Source: Spirochaetia bacterium (lineage in GTDB: Bacteria > Spirochaetota > Spirochaetia > SZUA-6 > Bin103). From it: DNA of 64,000 nucleotides. Both the position numbers and the translations under genes were made by a program. Position 1 is the first letter of the stretch, and each line of letters starts with the position of its first letter. The notes under the pieces are model-generated. The model ran no database searches. It had not been told where the DNA came from and was given only the letters and a program-made list of their open reading frames with translations. Shown here one piece after another: positions 31,283-40,637 of the stretch. The stretch spans positions 384,001 to 448,000 of the forward strand of contig CBDBOV010000004.1 of NCBI GenBank assembly GCA_965208575.1. The letters run 5' to 3'.

Positions 31283-31486
31283 CGGTAATCCTCCTCGCTC
31301 GCGCTCCGTTCGGTTGCACCGGCCAACCTGCGCGGCGTCTCAAGTGTACCCGGTGCGCGTCAGCCTGCCCAACAAGGCATCGCGGCCGTCGCGGCCGCCA
31401 CCACGCTCGTCACTTACTGAACCCGTTATGCCGTGGATAGCGTGAGTGGCGGCGGCTGATGCCGACGAATTTGCAGCCTGAGTCCC

Positions 31487-31783
31487 TTAAAGCGAAGACT
31501 CGGAGTCGATCCAGTCCTCCAGTGTGACGCTTATCGTCTCACCCCGGCGCGAAAGAACATTGAAGAACGCCCATACGTCGATGCCAAGTAGCGATGCAGC
31601 CTGTGACAGGGAGATGCTGCCGGAACGATACGCGGCCAGCACCTCGTCCTCCCGGTCGCGCGCCAGAGCGTCGCGAAGCAACTCCCGCAACAACGTCGCG
31701 CGATCCTTGCCGCGCGCCCGGGCGCGGCGATCAAGCTCGCACAAGATCTCCTCAGGCAGACGGATCGTCGTTGGTTTGGTCAT
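31487..31783 (-). CDS. RHH + UPF0175-like antitoxin
   Basis: TTIRLPEE...RATLLRE; YRSGSISLSQAASLLG. Confidence 0.82.
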   Translation of the reverse strand: MTKPTTIRLPEEILCELDRRARARGKDRATLLRELLRDALARDREDEVLAAYRSGSISLSQAASLLGIDVWAFFNVLSRRGETISVTLEDWIDSESSL

Positions 31784-32282
31784 CTTGACGCACCTCCTGC
31801 AACGCCACCATTGCGGCAGCGATCATGTCGCGGCCATAGCGTCCGGTCACCGCCAGCACCTCGAGGGCCCTCCGCGCTCTAGGCAACGTGACTGCTCCCG
31901 TGCGGTAGAGGTCGACAACAACCCTGGGCGAACTCGTGAACGGGATCCCCAAGATTCTACACGCCCGGATAGCGCGACCATCGTCGGACAACACCAAGTC
32001 GGCATCGGCCTCGAACCAGAGTCGGATCGCCGCAGCTTCGCCACGCCCCAGTGCGCGCGGCAGTTCCCGGTGCGTGGTCCCCGTGACCACTCGTATCGAA
32101 CCATCCCGGGCAAGCTTGGCAACAAGCGCCGCATCGTCGTATCGGCGCACAAGCGATGCAGAGGCGACCTCCTCAAACGCCTGCCGCGGAACCTGCAAAT
32201 CCACTCCCCGAGAATATTCAGACAGCGTCGAACACTTGGCGAGCAGTATGAGCGAGCTGGCGTCGGCGACGACTACTCGCAT
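31752..32282 (-). CDS. PIN-domain protein (DUF3368-like)
   Basis: VVADASSLI, LGRGEAAAI, LSDDGRA. Confidence 0.82.
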   Translation of the reverse strand: MRVVVADASSLILLAKCSTLSEYSRGVDLQVPRQAFEEVASASLVRRYDDAALVAKLARDGSIRVVTGTTHRELPRALGRGEAAAIRLWFEADADLVLSDDGRAIRACRILGIPFTSSPRVVVDLYRTGAVTLPRARRALEVLAVTGRYGRDMIAAAMVALQEVRQDDQTNDDPSA

Positions 32283-32381
32283 ACGCAGAGAGTACAACTG
32301 TATTCTATCGCCGTCAACTGCTCTGCTGCGTTGCCTCGATGTCGGGCCGTGCGCTGATGCCCGGACCGCGTGGTCCCTGCC

Positions 32382-33488
32382 CTACTGGTAGGGGTCGGCG
32401 GCGTCGCGCAGGCCGTCGCCGAGCAGGTTGAACGCCAGCACGGTGATGATGATGAACACGCCCGGCAGCATGAGCCACGGCGCCAGCGCGATGGTGTGGA
32501 TGTTCTGCGCCTCGCCGAGCAGCACGCCCCAGCTCACCACGGGCGGGCGCAGGCCCAGACCAAGGAAGCTGAGCGCCGTCTCGGCCAGGATCATCTCCGG
32601 TACGGCCAGGGTCAGCGCCACGATCACGTAGCTCAGGAACGACGGGATCAGGTGCCCGGCGATGATTCTCGTGGCACTGGTGCCGGCCACCCGCGCGGCC
32701 ATCACGAAGTCCTCCTCGCGCAGGCTGAGCAGCTTGCTGCGCACCACCCGTGCCAGGCCGGTCCACCCGATCAGCGACAGGATGATGGTGATACCGAAGT
32801 ACACCCGCAGCGCCGGCCACTGCGGCGGCAGGGCGGCCGCGAGCGCCATCCACAACGGCAGAACGGGAATGGAACGCAGGAACTCGATGATGCGCTGAAT
32901 GAGGTTGTCCGCGGTGCCGCCGAAGTAGCCCGATACGCCGCCGATGCCGAGCCCGAGGACGAAGCTCAGCAGCACCCCGATCAACCCGACCGACAGCGAC
33001 ACCCGCGCCCCGCACACCAGCCGGCTGAACACGTCGCGCCCGATCTGGTCGGTGCCCAGCAGCAGCAGCGTCCCCTCCCGCACCGCAAACAGGTGCACGC
33101 GCGCGGGAATCAACCCCCAGAACCGGTATTCGTCGCCGGGCTCGAACAGGTAGATCGGTCGCCGGGCGCTGAGGTCCTCGCCGTACGACTTGCGCCAAGT
33201 GACCGGATCCTCCACCAGCGTGAAGTCGTATACGAACGGGCGCAGGTGGAAGCGGCCGTCGTGGAAGAAGTGGATCCGCTGCGGCGGCGCCAGCGGCAGC
33301 TCCGAAAAGCGCGTGCGAATGTGGTACGGCGCCACCACCTCGCAGAACACGCCGACCAGGTACATCAGGCCCAGCACCACGCCGCCGGCGATGGCCAGGC
33401 GGTGCTTGCGGAACCGCTGCCACATGAGCTGGTACTGGGAGGCGATGAATGCCTGCTCCGGGTCGACCCGGCGGTGTGCGCGGCTCAT
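32382..33488 (-). CDS. Dpp/Opp-type ABC permease (C subunit)
   Basis: LGTDQIGRDVFSR, GDGLRDAADPY. Confidence 0.93.
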   Translation of the reverse strand: MSRAHRRVDPEQAFIASQYQLMWQRFRKHRLAIAGGVVLGLMYLVGVFCEVVAPYHIRTRFSELPLAPPQRIHFFHDGRFHLRPFVYDFTLVEDPVTWRKSYGEDLSARRPIYLFEPGDEYRFWGLIPARVHLFAVREGTLLLLGTDQIGRDVFSRLVCGARVSLSVGLIGVLLSFVLGLGIGGVSGYFGGTADNLIQRIIEFLRSIPVLPLWMALAAALPPQWPALRVYFGITIILSLIGWTGLARVVRSKLLSLREEDFVMAARVAGTSATRIIAGHLIPSFLSYVIVALTLAVPEMILAETALSFLGLGLRPPVVSWGVLLGEAQNIHTIALAPWLMLPGVFIIITVLAFNLLGDGLRDAADPYQ

Positions 33489-34474
33489 TGCTCCAACCGA
33501 ATGCGCGGGTCGAGCGCCGCGAGCAGCAGGTCGGAAATGAAGGTTCCCACCACGGTCAGCACGCTCAGCAGCAGGATGAACGCGCCGGCGAGCAGCATGT
33601 CCTGGCTCAGCAGGGCGCGCAGCATCATGGCGCCGGTGGTCGGCAGGCTCAGCACCACCCCGACGATGGGCGCGCCGGATATGATGGTGGCAAGTTGCCA
33701 GCCGATGGTGGCGACGATCGGATTGAGCGCGATGCGCACCGGGTAGCGGAACACCAGGCGCCGTTCCGCCAGCCCCTTGGCGCGGGCGGTCACCACGTAC
33801 TGTTTCTTGAGTTCGTCGAGCAGCATGCCGCGCATGATGCGGATGATCGACGCCGTGCCGGCGGTGCCCAGGACGACCACCGGCACCCACAGGTGGGAAA
33901 GCATGTCCAGCAGCTTGCGCAGACTCCACGGCGCGTCGGCGTACTCGGGCGAGAACAGCCCCCCGACGCTCTGCCCGAACACCTTGAAGCCCATGTACAT
34001 CAGCAGCAGGGCCAGAAAAAAGTTGGGCGTTGCCAGGCCGACGTAGCCGATCACCGTGAACGAGAAATCGAACGGGGAATACTTGTGCAGCGCCGAGTAA
34101 ATCCCGATCGGGATCGCCACCACGTAGGTGAACAGCAGCGAGCCGAGCGCCACTACCAGGGTCCACCCCATGCGCTCCCAGATCAGCTCGCTCACCCCCA
34201 CGTTCCACAGCAGCGAGCGGCCGAAGTCGCCGCGGCTGACGATGCCCCAGATCCACTTCAGGTACTGCACCATGATCGGCTGGTCGAGCCCGAACTGGCG
34301 CCGCAGGCCCTGCAACTCGTACTCGGACACGGTGGAGCCCTGGTTCTCGAGCTGAATGACGTAGGTGGTGAGGTAGTCGCCGGGCGGGAGCTGGATCAGG
34401 ACGAACGCCACCACCGAAACCGCCGCCACGGTGATCAGCAGGTAGAACGAACGCCTGATGAAGTAGGTGAGCAT
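33485..34474 (-). CDS. Dpp/Opp-type ABC permease (B subunit)
   Basis: IQLPPGDY, YVVTARAKG, LDPRIR. Confidence 0.93.
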   Translation of the reverse strand: MLTYFIRRSFYLLITVAAVSVVAFVLIQLPPGDYLTTYVIQLENQGSTVSEYELQGLRRQFGLDQPIMVQYLKWIWGIVSRGDFGRSLLWNVGVSELIWERMGWTLVVALGSLLFTYVVAIPIGIYSALHKYSPFDFSFTVIGYVGLATPNFFLALLLMYMGFKVFGQSVGGLFSPEYADAPWSLRKLLDMLSHLWVPVVVLGTAGTASIIRIMRGMLLDELKKQYVVTARAKGLAERRLVFRYPVRIALNPIVATIGWQLATIISGAPIVGVVLSLPTTGAMMLRALLSQDMLLAGAFILLLSVLTVVGTFISDLLLAALDPRIRLEQ

Positions 34475-34542
34475 TACCGCATGGGCCGCCCGCCACGCGG
34501 CAAGCGGCCCATGATCTCAGGTCCCGAGCGGTACGTGCGCGC

Positions 34543-36585
34543 TTACTGGCGGATGAACCACTGCTCGGGGATGGTGTTGTTGAACCAGCGGCCCTCCGGC
34601 CACCACCAGTCCACGTCCGGCACGTTGACCAGGTCGTTGCGCACGATCACCGGGACGGGCGCCTGCGACACGGTGCCGATGCCGTACAGTTGCCGCACCA
34701 TCCTGGAGGAGTACTCGTTGCCGATGGCGGTCGACTCCGGCGTGAACAGCGGCGTCTGCAGGTAGCGGGTGAGCAGCGCGTAGATCTCCTGCACCTCCTG
34801 CGGCGGCACCACGCCGGATGCGCCACCCGACATCCACCAGTCGTCCCACCCGTGGTTGCTGACGTCGCCGGGCCGGAACTGGCCCGCCTCGCGCAGTGCG
34901 AAGCCCACGTCGGTGGTCAGGTGCGCGGGATGATGGGCCACCTGTACCTGGCCGGCGGCGTTGCGGGTCGAGTACAGCCGGTCCTCCTCCACCTTGAGCG
35001 TGATCTGCACGCCGACCGCCTCCCAGTACTCCTTGACCAGTTCGAAGATCGGCTTGCGGTCGCCGCGGTCGTAGTACTCCAGCAGCAGGCTGAGGGTTTC
35101 ACCATCGGGACGGGTGCGCCACTGGCGATTCGCGTCCCAGGCCAACCCGATCTCGTCGAGCAGCGCATTGGCCTGGTCGACGTCGTACTCTGCGAAATGG
35201 GCGGTCATCCACGGCTCGTGGTAGGTGGCCAGCGGCGGCGGCGCCACCTGGCTGGTGACGGCACGCCCGAAGAACACCAAGTCGTTGATCTCGTCGCGGT
35301 TGATGGCCAGCGACATCGCCTGCCGGAAGCGCAGGTCCCGGAACAGGTCGCGCAGCACCGTATCCTCTTCGTAGAGCTGGTTGAAGGCGAACCGCATCTC
35401 GTTCCCCACCGGGGAATTCCACAGCAGCGCCCGGTACCCGCCCTGGTGCTCGTTCTCCTTGTACAGCGTCCAGTTCTTGAGTTGCAGGTGGGCCCGCCCG
35501 GTGTGAAACTCGCCGGCGATGGTCTTCAACTCCGCGACGTCGCGGCTCTCGACCAGAATGCGCGCCATGCTGTCCATGTACGGAAGCTGGCGGCCGGCGG
35601 TGTCGACCTTCCAGTAGTAGGGATTGCGGTGGAAGAAGCGGCTGCCGAATTCATCTTCACGCGCCAGGTCCCAACCCTCGATGGTGGGAAAGTCGAGGTC
35701 GTTGCGGTCGTCCGACTGGCCGGCGAGAATCGCCAGGAAGTGCTGCGTCCAGCCCTCGAAGCCGGCCGCCTTGGCGTTCGCCTCGGCGTCGTCGTTGTAG
35801 TCGGCGTGGAACCGGCTCAGGTAGTGCTTGGGAGTGACCGGGAAGGTCGACCGGCTGCGGGCATAGGGAGAGAATGCGATCTTGTCCACCACGATCGGGT
35901 ACGGCACCGCAAACTGCATACGTACCGTGGTGTCGTTCACCTTGGTCACCGTCATCGGCGTGCCGCCCGGCTTCCAGGCCACGTTGATCGCCTGGCTGAG
36001 ATTCTCGTTGGTGGCGTAGTCCTCCCACCAGAACAGGAAGTCGTCGGCCGTGAACGGCGCGCCGTCGCTCCACTTCATGTTGTTGCGCAGCGTCAGGGTG
36101 AGGGTCTTGAAATCCTCGGTCAGGTCCCAGTCGAGCACCACGTTGGGAATGGTGGCATCGATCTCCGGGCTCACCGTGAGCAGGTTCTGGAAGCGCGTGA
36201 ACATCACTTCGAAGTCGCCGCAGCAGCCGGGCGTGATGGTTGCCGCGCGATACTCGCCGCCGTACACCCCCATCTCGTCGAGCGGGTCGACCACCACCAC
36301 CTCGTCCGGCAGGCGATCTTCGACCGGCGGCAGGTCGCCCGCGGCCACCATCGCGGCCAGCACCGGCGCTTCCGTGAACGCCGGCAGGTTGTTGCCGGTG
36401 TCGGCCTCGAAGGCCGCCTGCGATCCCCACACCACGGTGCGTCCCGGCACCAGCACCTCCAGGTCGGATGCCGCCGCCGTGCCCGCCTGCGAACCGGACT
36501 GCTCCTCGTCACCGGATCCGAACGCGGTGCCGGCTACGAGCAGCGCCAACCCCACCGCCAGTGCGAATCGAACAATCAGTGTCAC
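34543..36585 (-). CDS. ABC solute-binding protein, family 5
   Basis: GTG start with GGAGG; EAPVLAAMVAAGDLPPVEDRLP, KWSDGAPFTADD, FRQAMSLAINR. Confidence 0.93.
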   Translation of the reverse strand: MTLIVRFALAVGLALLVAGTAFGSGDEEQSGSQAGTAAASDLEVLVPGRTVVWGSQAAFEADTGNNLPAFTEAPVLAAMVAAGDLPPVEDRLPDEVVVVDPLDEMGVYGGEYRAATITPGCCGDFEVMFTRFQNLLTVSPEIDATIPNVVLDWDLTEDFKTLTLTLRNNMKWSDGAPFTADDFLFWWEDYATNENLSQAINVAWKPGGTPMTVTKVNDTTVRMQFAVPYPIVVDKIAFSPYARSRSTFPVTPKHYLSRFHADYNDDAEANAKAAGFEGWTQHFLAILAGQSDDRNDLDFPTIEGWDLAREDEFGSRFFHRNPYYWKVDTAGRQLPYMDSMARILVESRDVAELKTIAGEFHTGRAHLQLKNWTLYKENEHQGGYRALLWNSPVGNEMRFAFNQLYEEDTVLRDLFRDLRFRQAMSLAINRDEINDLVFFGRAVTSQVAPPPLATYHEPWMTAHFAEYDVDQANALLDEIGLAWDANRQWRTRPDGETLSLLLEYYDRGDRKPIFELVKEYWEAVGVQITLKVEEDRLYSTRNAAGQVQVAHHPAHLTTDVGFALREAGQFRPGDVSNHGWDDWWMSGGASGVVPPQEVQEIYALLTRYLQTPLFTPESTAIGNEYSSRMVRQLYGIGTVSQAPVPVIVRNDLVNVPDVDWWWPEGRWFNNTIPEQWFIRQ

Positions 36586-36848
36586 CTTTGTACCTCCAGG
36601 AGCGACGCACGTGTGGCGCATCACGATGACCGACGCCACGTCCGTCCACTGTTGTCCGCGATGGTAGAGGCCACCCGGGCAGCGGTCAAGCCGGCTGACC
36701 GGAACGGCCGAAGCTGAGCCGAGCCACCTGGGCTCCGTCGCCGCAGCGGCCCGGGGCCGCGCATCCCACCGGGACACACAGCCACGACTGACTGACGACA
36801 CGCGCGCAGGTGTGACCCCATTTTGTGGATAGTAGGAAGACGAAAAAA

Positions 36849-36889
36849 GACCTCCCAGTCGATGGCATGATGGCTACGACTGGGAGGTC
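36849..36889 (+). promoter_or_regulatory. 13-bp inverted repeat covering the transposase RBS; terminator-like on minus strand
   Basis: GACCTCCCAGTCG/CGACTGGGAGGTC; GGGAGG precedes ATG 36897; A6 tract on the left. Confidence 0.7.
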
Positions 36890-37082
36890 AAACAAAATGA
36901 GTGAGGAATTGGTGACTCGATTCGTCGAGTATGTCAAGGCCGGACACGGCGCTGATGGTGGCGGTGGTGCCAGATCGGGAGCGTGCGCGATGCTGCGCCT
37001 GGAGGGACGGGACGCTCCTGCACAGCGACTTAGATTCGGGGGGCTCGCCAGCTCCAACTGGCGAGTTCCGTGCCGCTTTCCC

Positions 37083-38006
37083 CTACTCTACCACCTTTCG
37101 GCGGGGACCGTAAGGTCCCCTCGGACCCGGCTTCGGCGTCCGGGCGTCGATCAACTCGACCACTTCGCGCGCCGTCCACCGCTGCCGCGCCACGCCGGCC
37201 GCCATCGCCGGCGTGGTGCCCGTGCCCCACTTCTTCTTCAGGCTCATGTGCGGCCGGCAGAAATTGTAGGCCATCGACCACATGGCGAAGCTGTGCACAT
37301 GGTTCTCCAGCTTCTTGGAGAAGGCGTTGGTCAGCCGCGTGAACCGCCGCTGTGACATGCGGATGGTCAGGTTCTGCCGCTCCGCGTAACTCGTGCTGAT
37401 CAGGTCCAGGTTCGGCGCGCCCTGCACGATGATCCGCTCCACCCCGTTGCACTCGCCGGGGCTGTACCGCCGGTGCGCGGCGGTGGCTTCCTCGCCGTCG
37501 CCCTTCGAGGTGCCGTAGTGCTTCACCAGCATGGCATAGTCCACGTCCCCCGCGAATGCCGCGTCCACGGCCTCCAGGTACGCCGAGTGCCCGTCCGTGG
37601 TGAGCTGCACCCGGTTCCGTAGCCGCTGCTCCAGGTCGATCATGAACGGGATCGCCGTCTGCGCCGAGCGATCGCCGACGATCCATGACGCCAGCAGCTT
37701 CGTGTGCGCGCACAGCGCCGTCCACGTCCACACGTCTCCGGCACCCCGCGGCGGGTTCTTCGCCCGCTCCACGTTCTTGTTCTTCGCGTAGATGAACGAC
37801 CAGATTTCGTCGATCTCCAAGCGGGAGCACGGCAGGTTGCGCAGCACCTCGTCCTGGTACTCTGCGCAGATCGGGCCGGCGTCTCTGATGAACTTCCCTA
37901 CCGTGTGCTTCGCGCAGCCGACGATACGCATGGTGGCGGCCATGCTGTTCCCCTCGACCAGGAGCTGGTACATAAGTGCCCTGCGTTCGATAGGTAACTT
38001 GTTCAT
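37083..38006 (-). CDS. IS1-family DDE transposase
   Basis: N-terminal HTH (LVEGNSM), IDEIWSF, LTTDGH, STSYAERQNLTIRM..RRFTRLTNAFSKK, TPAMAAG; TTGCGC-N17-TATATT promoter. Confidence 0.92.
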   Translation of the reverse strand: MNKLPIERRALMYQLLVEGNSMAATMRIVGCAKHTVGKFIRDAGPICAEYQDEVLRNLPCSRLEIDEIWSFIYAKNKNVERAKNPPRGAGDVWTWTALCAHTKLLASWIVGDRSAQTAIPFMIDLEQRLRNRVQLTTDGHSAYLEAVDAAFAGDVDYAMLVKHYGTSKGDGEEATAAHRRYSPGECNGVERIIVQGAPNLDLISTSYAERQNLTIRMSQRRFTRLTNAFSKKLENHVHSFAMWSMAYNFCRPHMSLKKKWGTGTTPAMAAGVARQRWTAREVVELIDARTPKPGPRGPYGPRRKVVE

Positions 38007-38419
38007 CGTGAATGAAATATACTACTTCATATGGTGTTGCGCAAGCGAAATATCAATGTTTCAATGGAAAGGGCCGCCGGGGATGTGGTATCCTCGCCGG
38101 CGGCCCTGCTCGTGAATCATGGGGGTGGATTGGTTCGCCAGCGGGCTCCAAACTCAGCCTAGCCTGACCTTCCTACTTATCCCGTTGATTTGACCGCGGG
38201 ATTCTCTGGTTCATCCAGATAAGTTGTTACCATGAAACAAGATAGGTTCACGGAAGTGGACTCTCCTCTTGAGAGGATCAGTGTATACACTGAATATATC
38301 GAGCGCCGTGCCGGACAGCTTCCTCAATACTACTCGAAGTATCCCCTCTTCGATCCTTCCGACCCACTCATGCCGGTTCTCCTTGACTGTCTCCGTACTA
38401 AGTGTATACACTGATTGCA

Positions 38420-40016
38420 GTGGCCACCCTCCAGAAAAAGGTCTCCCGCGGGCACACCTACTGGCAGATCGTCGAGTCCAGACGCGTCAACGGCAAACCA
38501 CGTCCCATCGTCCTCGAACATCTCGGCAGCGCAGAGAAGTTGCTCCAGCGCCTCCGTGAGGCTCCCACCCGACCGGCAAAGGCGAAGGTCATTCAGTTCG
38601 GTGCGTTGGCCGCGCTCTGGCAGATCGCCCAAGAGTTGGATGTGGTGGGCCTTATCGATACCCAGGTCCCCAAGCGAGACCAAGGACTGTCCTGCGGACA
38701 GTATCTGCTGGTGGCGGCGCTGAACCGTTGTGTGGCCGCCTCCAGCAAGGCTTCTCTGTACCAGTGGTATCGACGCACGGTGTTGAATCGGCTGCTCCCC
38801 GCTGCACAGCGCTCGCTCGCCAGTCAGCGATTCTGGGATCACATGAACATGCTCGACAGCGCTGCCATCGGCGCGATTGAGCAACAACTGGCGCAGCGGG
38901 TGATCGACCACTACCGGATCGATCTGCGACCGCTCATCTTCGATGCGACCAACTTCGATACGTTCATCGACAGTCGCACCGTCAGTGCACTGGCACAACG
39001 TGGCCACGCGAAAAGCAAACGCGCCGATCTGCGGATCCTGGGCTTGGCACTCCTGGTAAGCTGCGACTACCACATTCCGCTGCTCTCACACCCGTATCCG
39101 GGAAATCAGAATGACGCCGCGATGTTCTCGAGCTTGATCGAGACGCTGATCAGCCGCTGCAAGCAGTTGGCCCAGGACTGCGAAGATGTCACGCTGGTGT
39201 TCGATGGCGGCAACACCTCGAGAGCGAATATCGAGGCGCTGCAAGCCGGCCCATACCATTTCGTCACCTCCTTGACCGTGACTAAGCACGAGGATCTGCT
39301 GGCGGTTCCCGCCGGCAGGTTTCACTCCTTCACTGACCCACGGCTGGCCGGGGTGACCGCTTACCGCAGCGACAAGGTGATCTGGGGTGAGCGCCGCACC
39401 GTGGTGGTCACCAACAGTCGCCGGTTGCTGGACGGGCAGCTGGCTGGGATCAAACCAGCGCTTGCAACGCCGGCGCTTGGGCAAACGCATCCTGTGCACC
39501 GACAACGAGTCGTGCAGAGCGCGAATCCGACGGCGTGCCAGTTTTCGATTTCGCACCGATTGGGCAGCGTACCAGCGCTTGCAACGCCGGCGCTTGGGCA
39601 AACGCATCCTGTGCACCGACAACGAGTCGTGGAGCGACCAGGAGATCATCTTGGCCAGCCGCGCTCAACATCACGTGGAGCGGGCGTTCAAGCAGATGAA
39701 GAATCCCCACTGGGTGAGCTTCTCGCCGACCTTCCACTGGACCGATCAGAAGCTGCGCGTACACGTGTTCTATTGTGTGTTGGCACTGCTGCTGAGTTCG
39801 CTGCTGCAACGCAAGGCGGCCGACGGCGGACAACTCCTTACCATCGAGCAACTACTGACGGAACTCAGCGGCGTGACCGAAGTGGTCAACCTCTACGCCG
39901 CGCCTGAGCCGGCCACCAGAGGGCGCTACCGGGCTCAATACGTGCTCTCTGAACGGTCGTCCCTGCAAGACAAACTGTGCCGCCTACTTGACGTATACCG
40001 ACACGCCCATCCCTGA
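38420..40016 (+). pseudogene. IS1634-family transposase, frameshifted
   Basis: YWQIVESRRVNGKPRP, FDATNF, RGHAKSKRADL, VFDGG in one frame; ILCTD, VERAFKQMK, HWTDQKLRVHVFYCVLAL in another. Confidence 0.88.
39454..39631 (+). repeat. 61-bp exact direct repeat (39454-39514 and 39571-39631)
   Basis: ACCAGCGCTTGCAACGCCGGCGCTTGGGCAAACGCATCCTGTGCACCGACAACGAGTCGTG occurs twice. Confidence 0.95.
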
Positions 40017-40179
40017 CAGCACCACGGTCAGTGTATACAAGCCCCGTCCGACAGGATAGCGAGTAACTTGCTATCCTAAAATGACTTATCCACTCAAACT
40101 ACCAGCCACCCGAAATAACTAGGAAACTCACGCTAGCCGGGGTTCGATTCCCCGCACCTCCACTACATCACTGATGCCG

Positions 40180-40392
40180 TTATGGTGTACGCGCGGCGCG
40201 CGCCTTCTGCGCGATCTCCCGGCGCCGCTCCGGGGTCAGGGCGCGTGCCCGCGCGCGTGCCGCCTTCGTCTGTTGGGACGGGCGCGGCGGGTTCAGGATT
40301 TCGTCCTTGTCATTGGGCAGTTCGCCGGTGGCTATACGCCCGATCAAAGTGGCCCTCTCTGCAGGGTCTTTCGGCCTCCGGTGGATGGCCAT
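40180..40392 (-). CDS. Small basic protein of the type often seen beside IS1-like transposases
   Basis: RBS AGGAGG; MAIHRRPKDP...IATGE...ARARALTPERRREIAQKARAAR. Confidence 0.82.
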   Translation of the reverse strand: MAIHRRPKDPAERATLIGRIATGELPNDKDEILNPPRPSQQTKAARARARALTPERRREIAQKARAARTP

Positions 40393-40471
40393 ATCTCTAC
40401 CTCCTGAAATGAATAAAACGCCTGTGCGTTTGTCCTTGCATAGTCTTACCCATTGCGCCACACTAAGTCAA

Positions 40472-40601
40472 CGCTACGACAGGCCAGTTTCCCGATGCCG
40501 GGTTGCCTGGTCGAATAAGCGCGTCCTGGCGCTGGGGGTCGCTCCCCTGGCGCCGCGCGAATAGCCAGGGTCCTTCTCGATGTAGCAGGTCTGTCGTAGC
40601 G
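40472..40601 (+). ncRNA. Putative rod-shaped structured RNA or 5' leader
   Basis: 14-bp closing stem, nested helices; begins at the expected +1 of TTGCAT-N17-CACACT (40436-40464). Confidence 0.55.
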
Positions 40602-40637
40602 GCAATGGCCCGGCACCTTCCGGGCCGGGAGGCACGC

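Larger units (their letters stand above)
38163..40132 (+). mobile_element. IS1634-family insertion sequence
   Basis: Imperfect IRs CCTGACCTTCCTACTTAT / ATAACTAGGAAACTCACG; duplicated target CTAG at 38159-38162 and 40133-40136. Confidence 0.85.
38121..40162 (+). tRNA. Non-canonical 68-nt tRNA-like gene (CCA anticodon, G3:U70), split by IS1634 into 38121-38162 and 40137-40162
   Basis: Rejoined GGGGGTG GA TTGGTTCGCCA GCGGG CTCCAAA CTCAGC CTAGC CGGGG TTCGATT CCCCG CACCTCC A: 7-bp acceptor, canonical T-arm, 7-nt anticodon loop. Confidence 0.75.

Noticed and set aside
38211-38414. Short ORFs in the IS1634 5' region
   Set aside because: No RBS or recognisable motif; cannot be supported as genes.
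38121-40165. The host's true tmRNA gene interrupted by an IS
   Set aside because: Ends are tmRNA-like, but after IS removal only 68 nt remain, with no tag ORF or pseudoknots, and no smpB is nearby.
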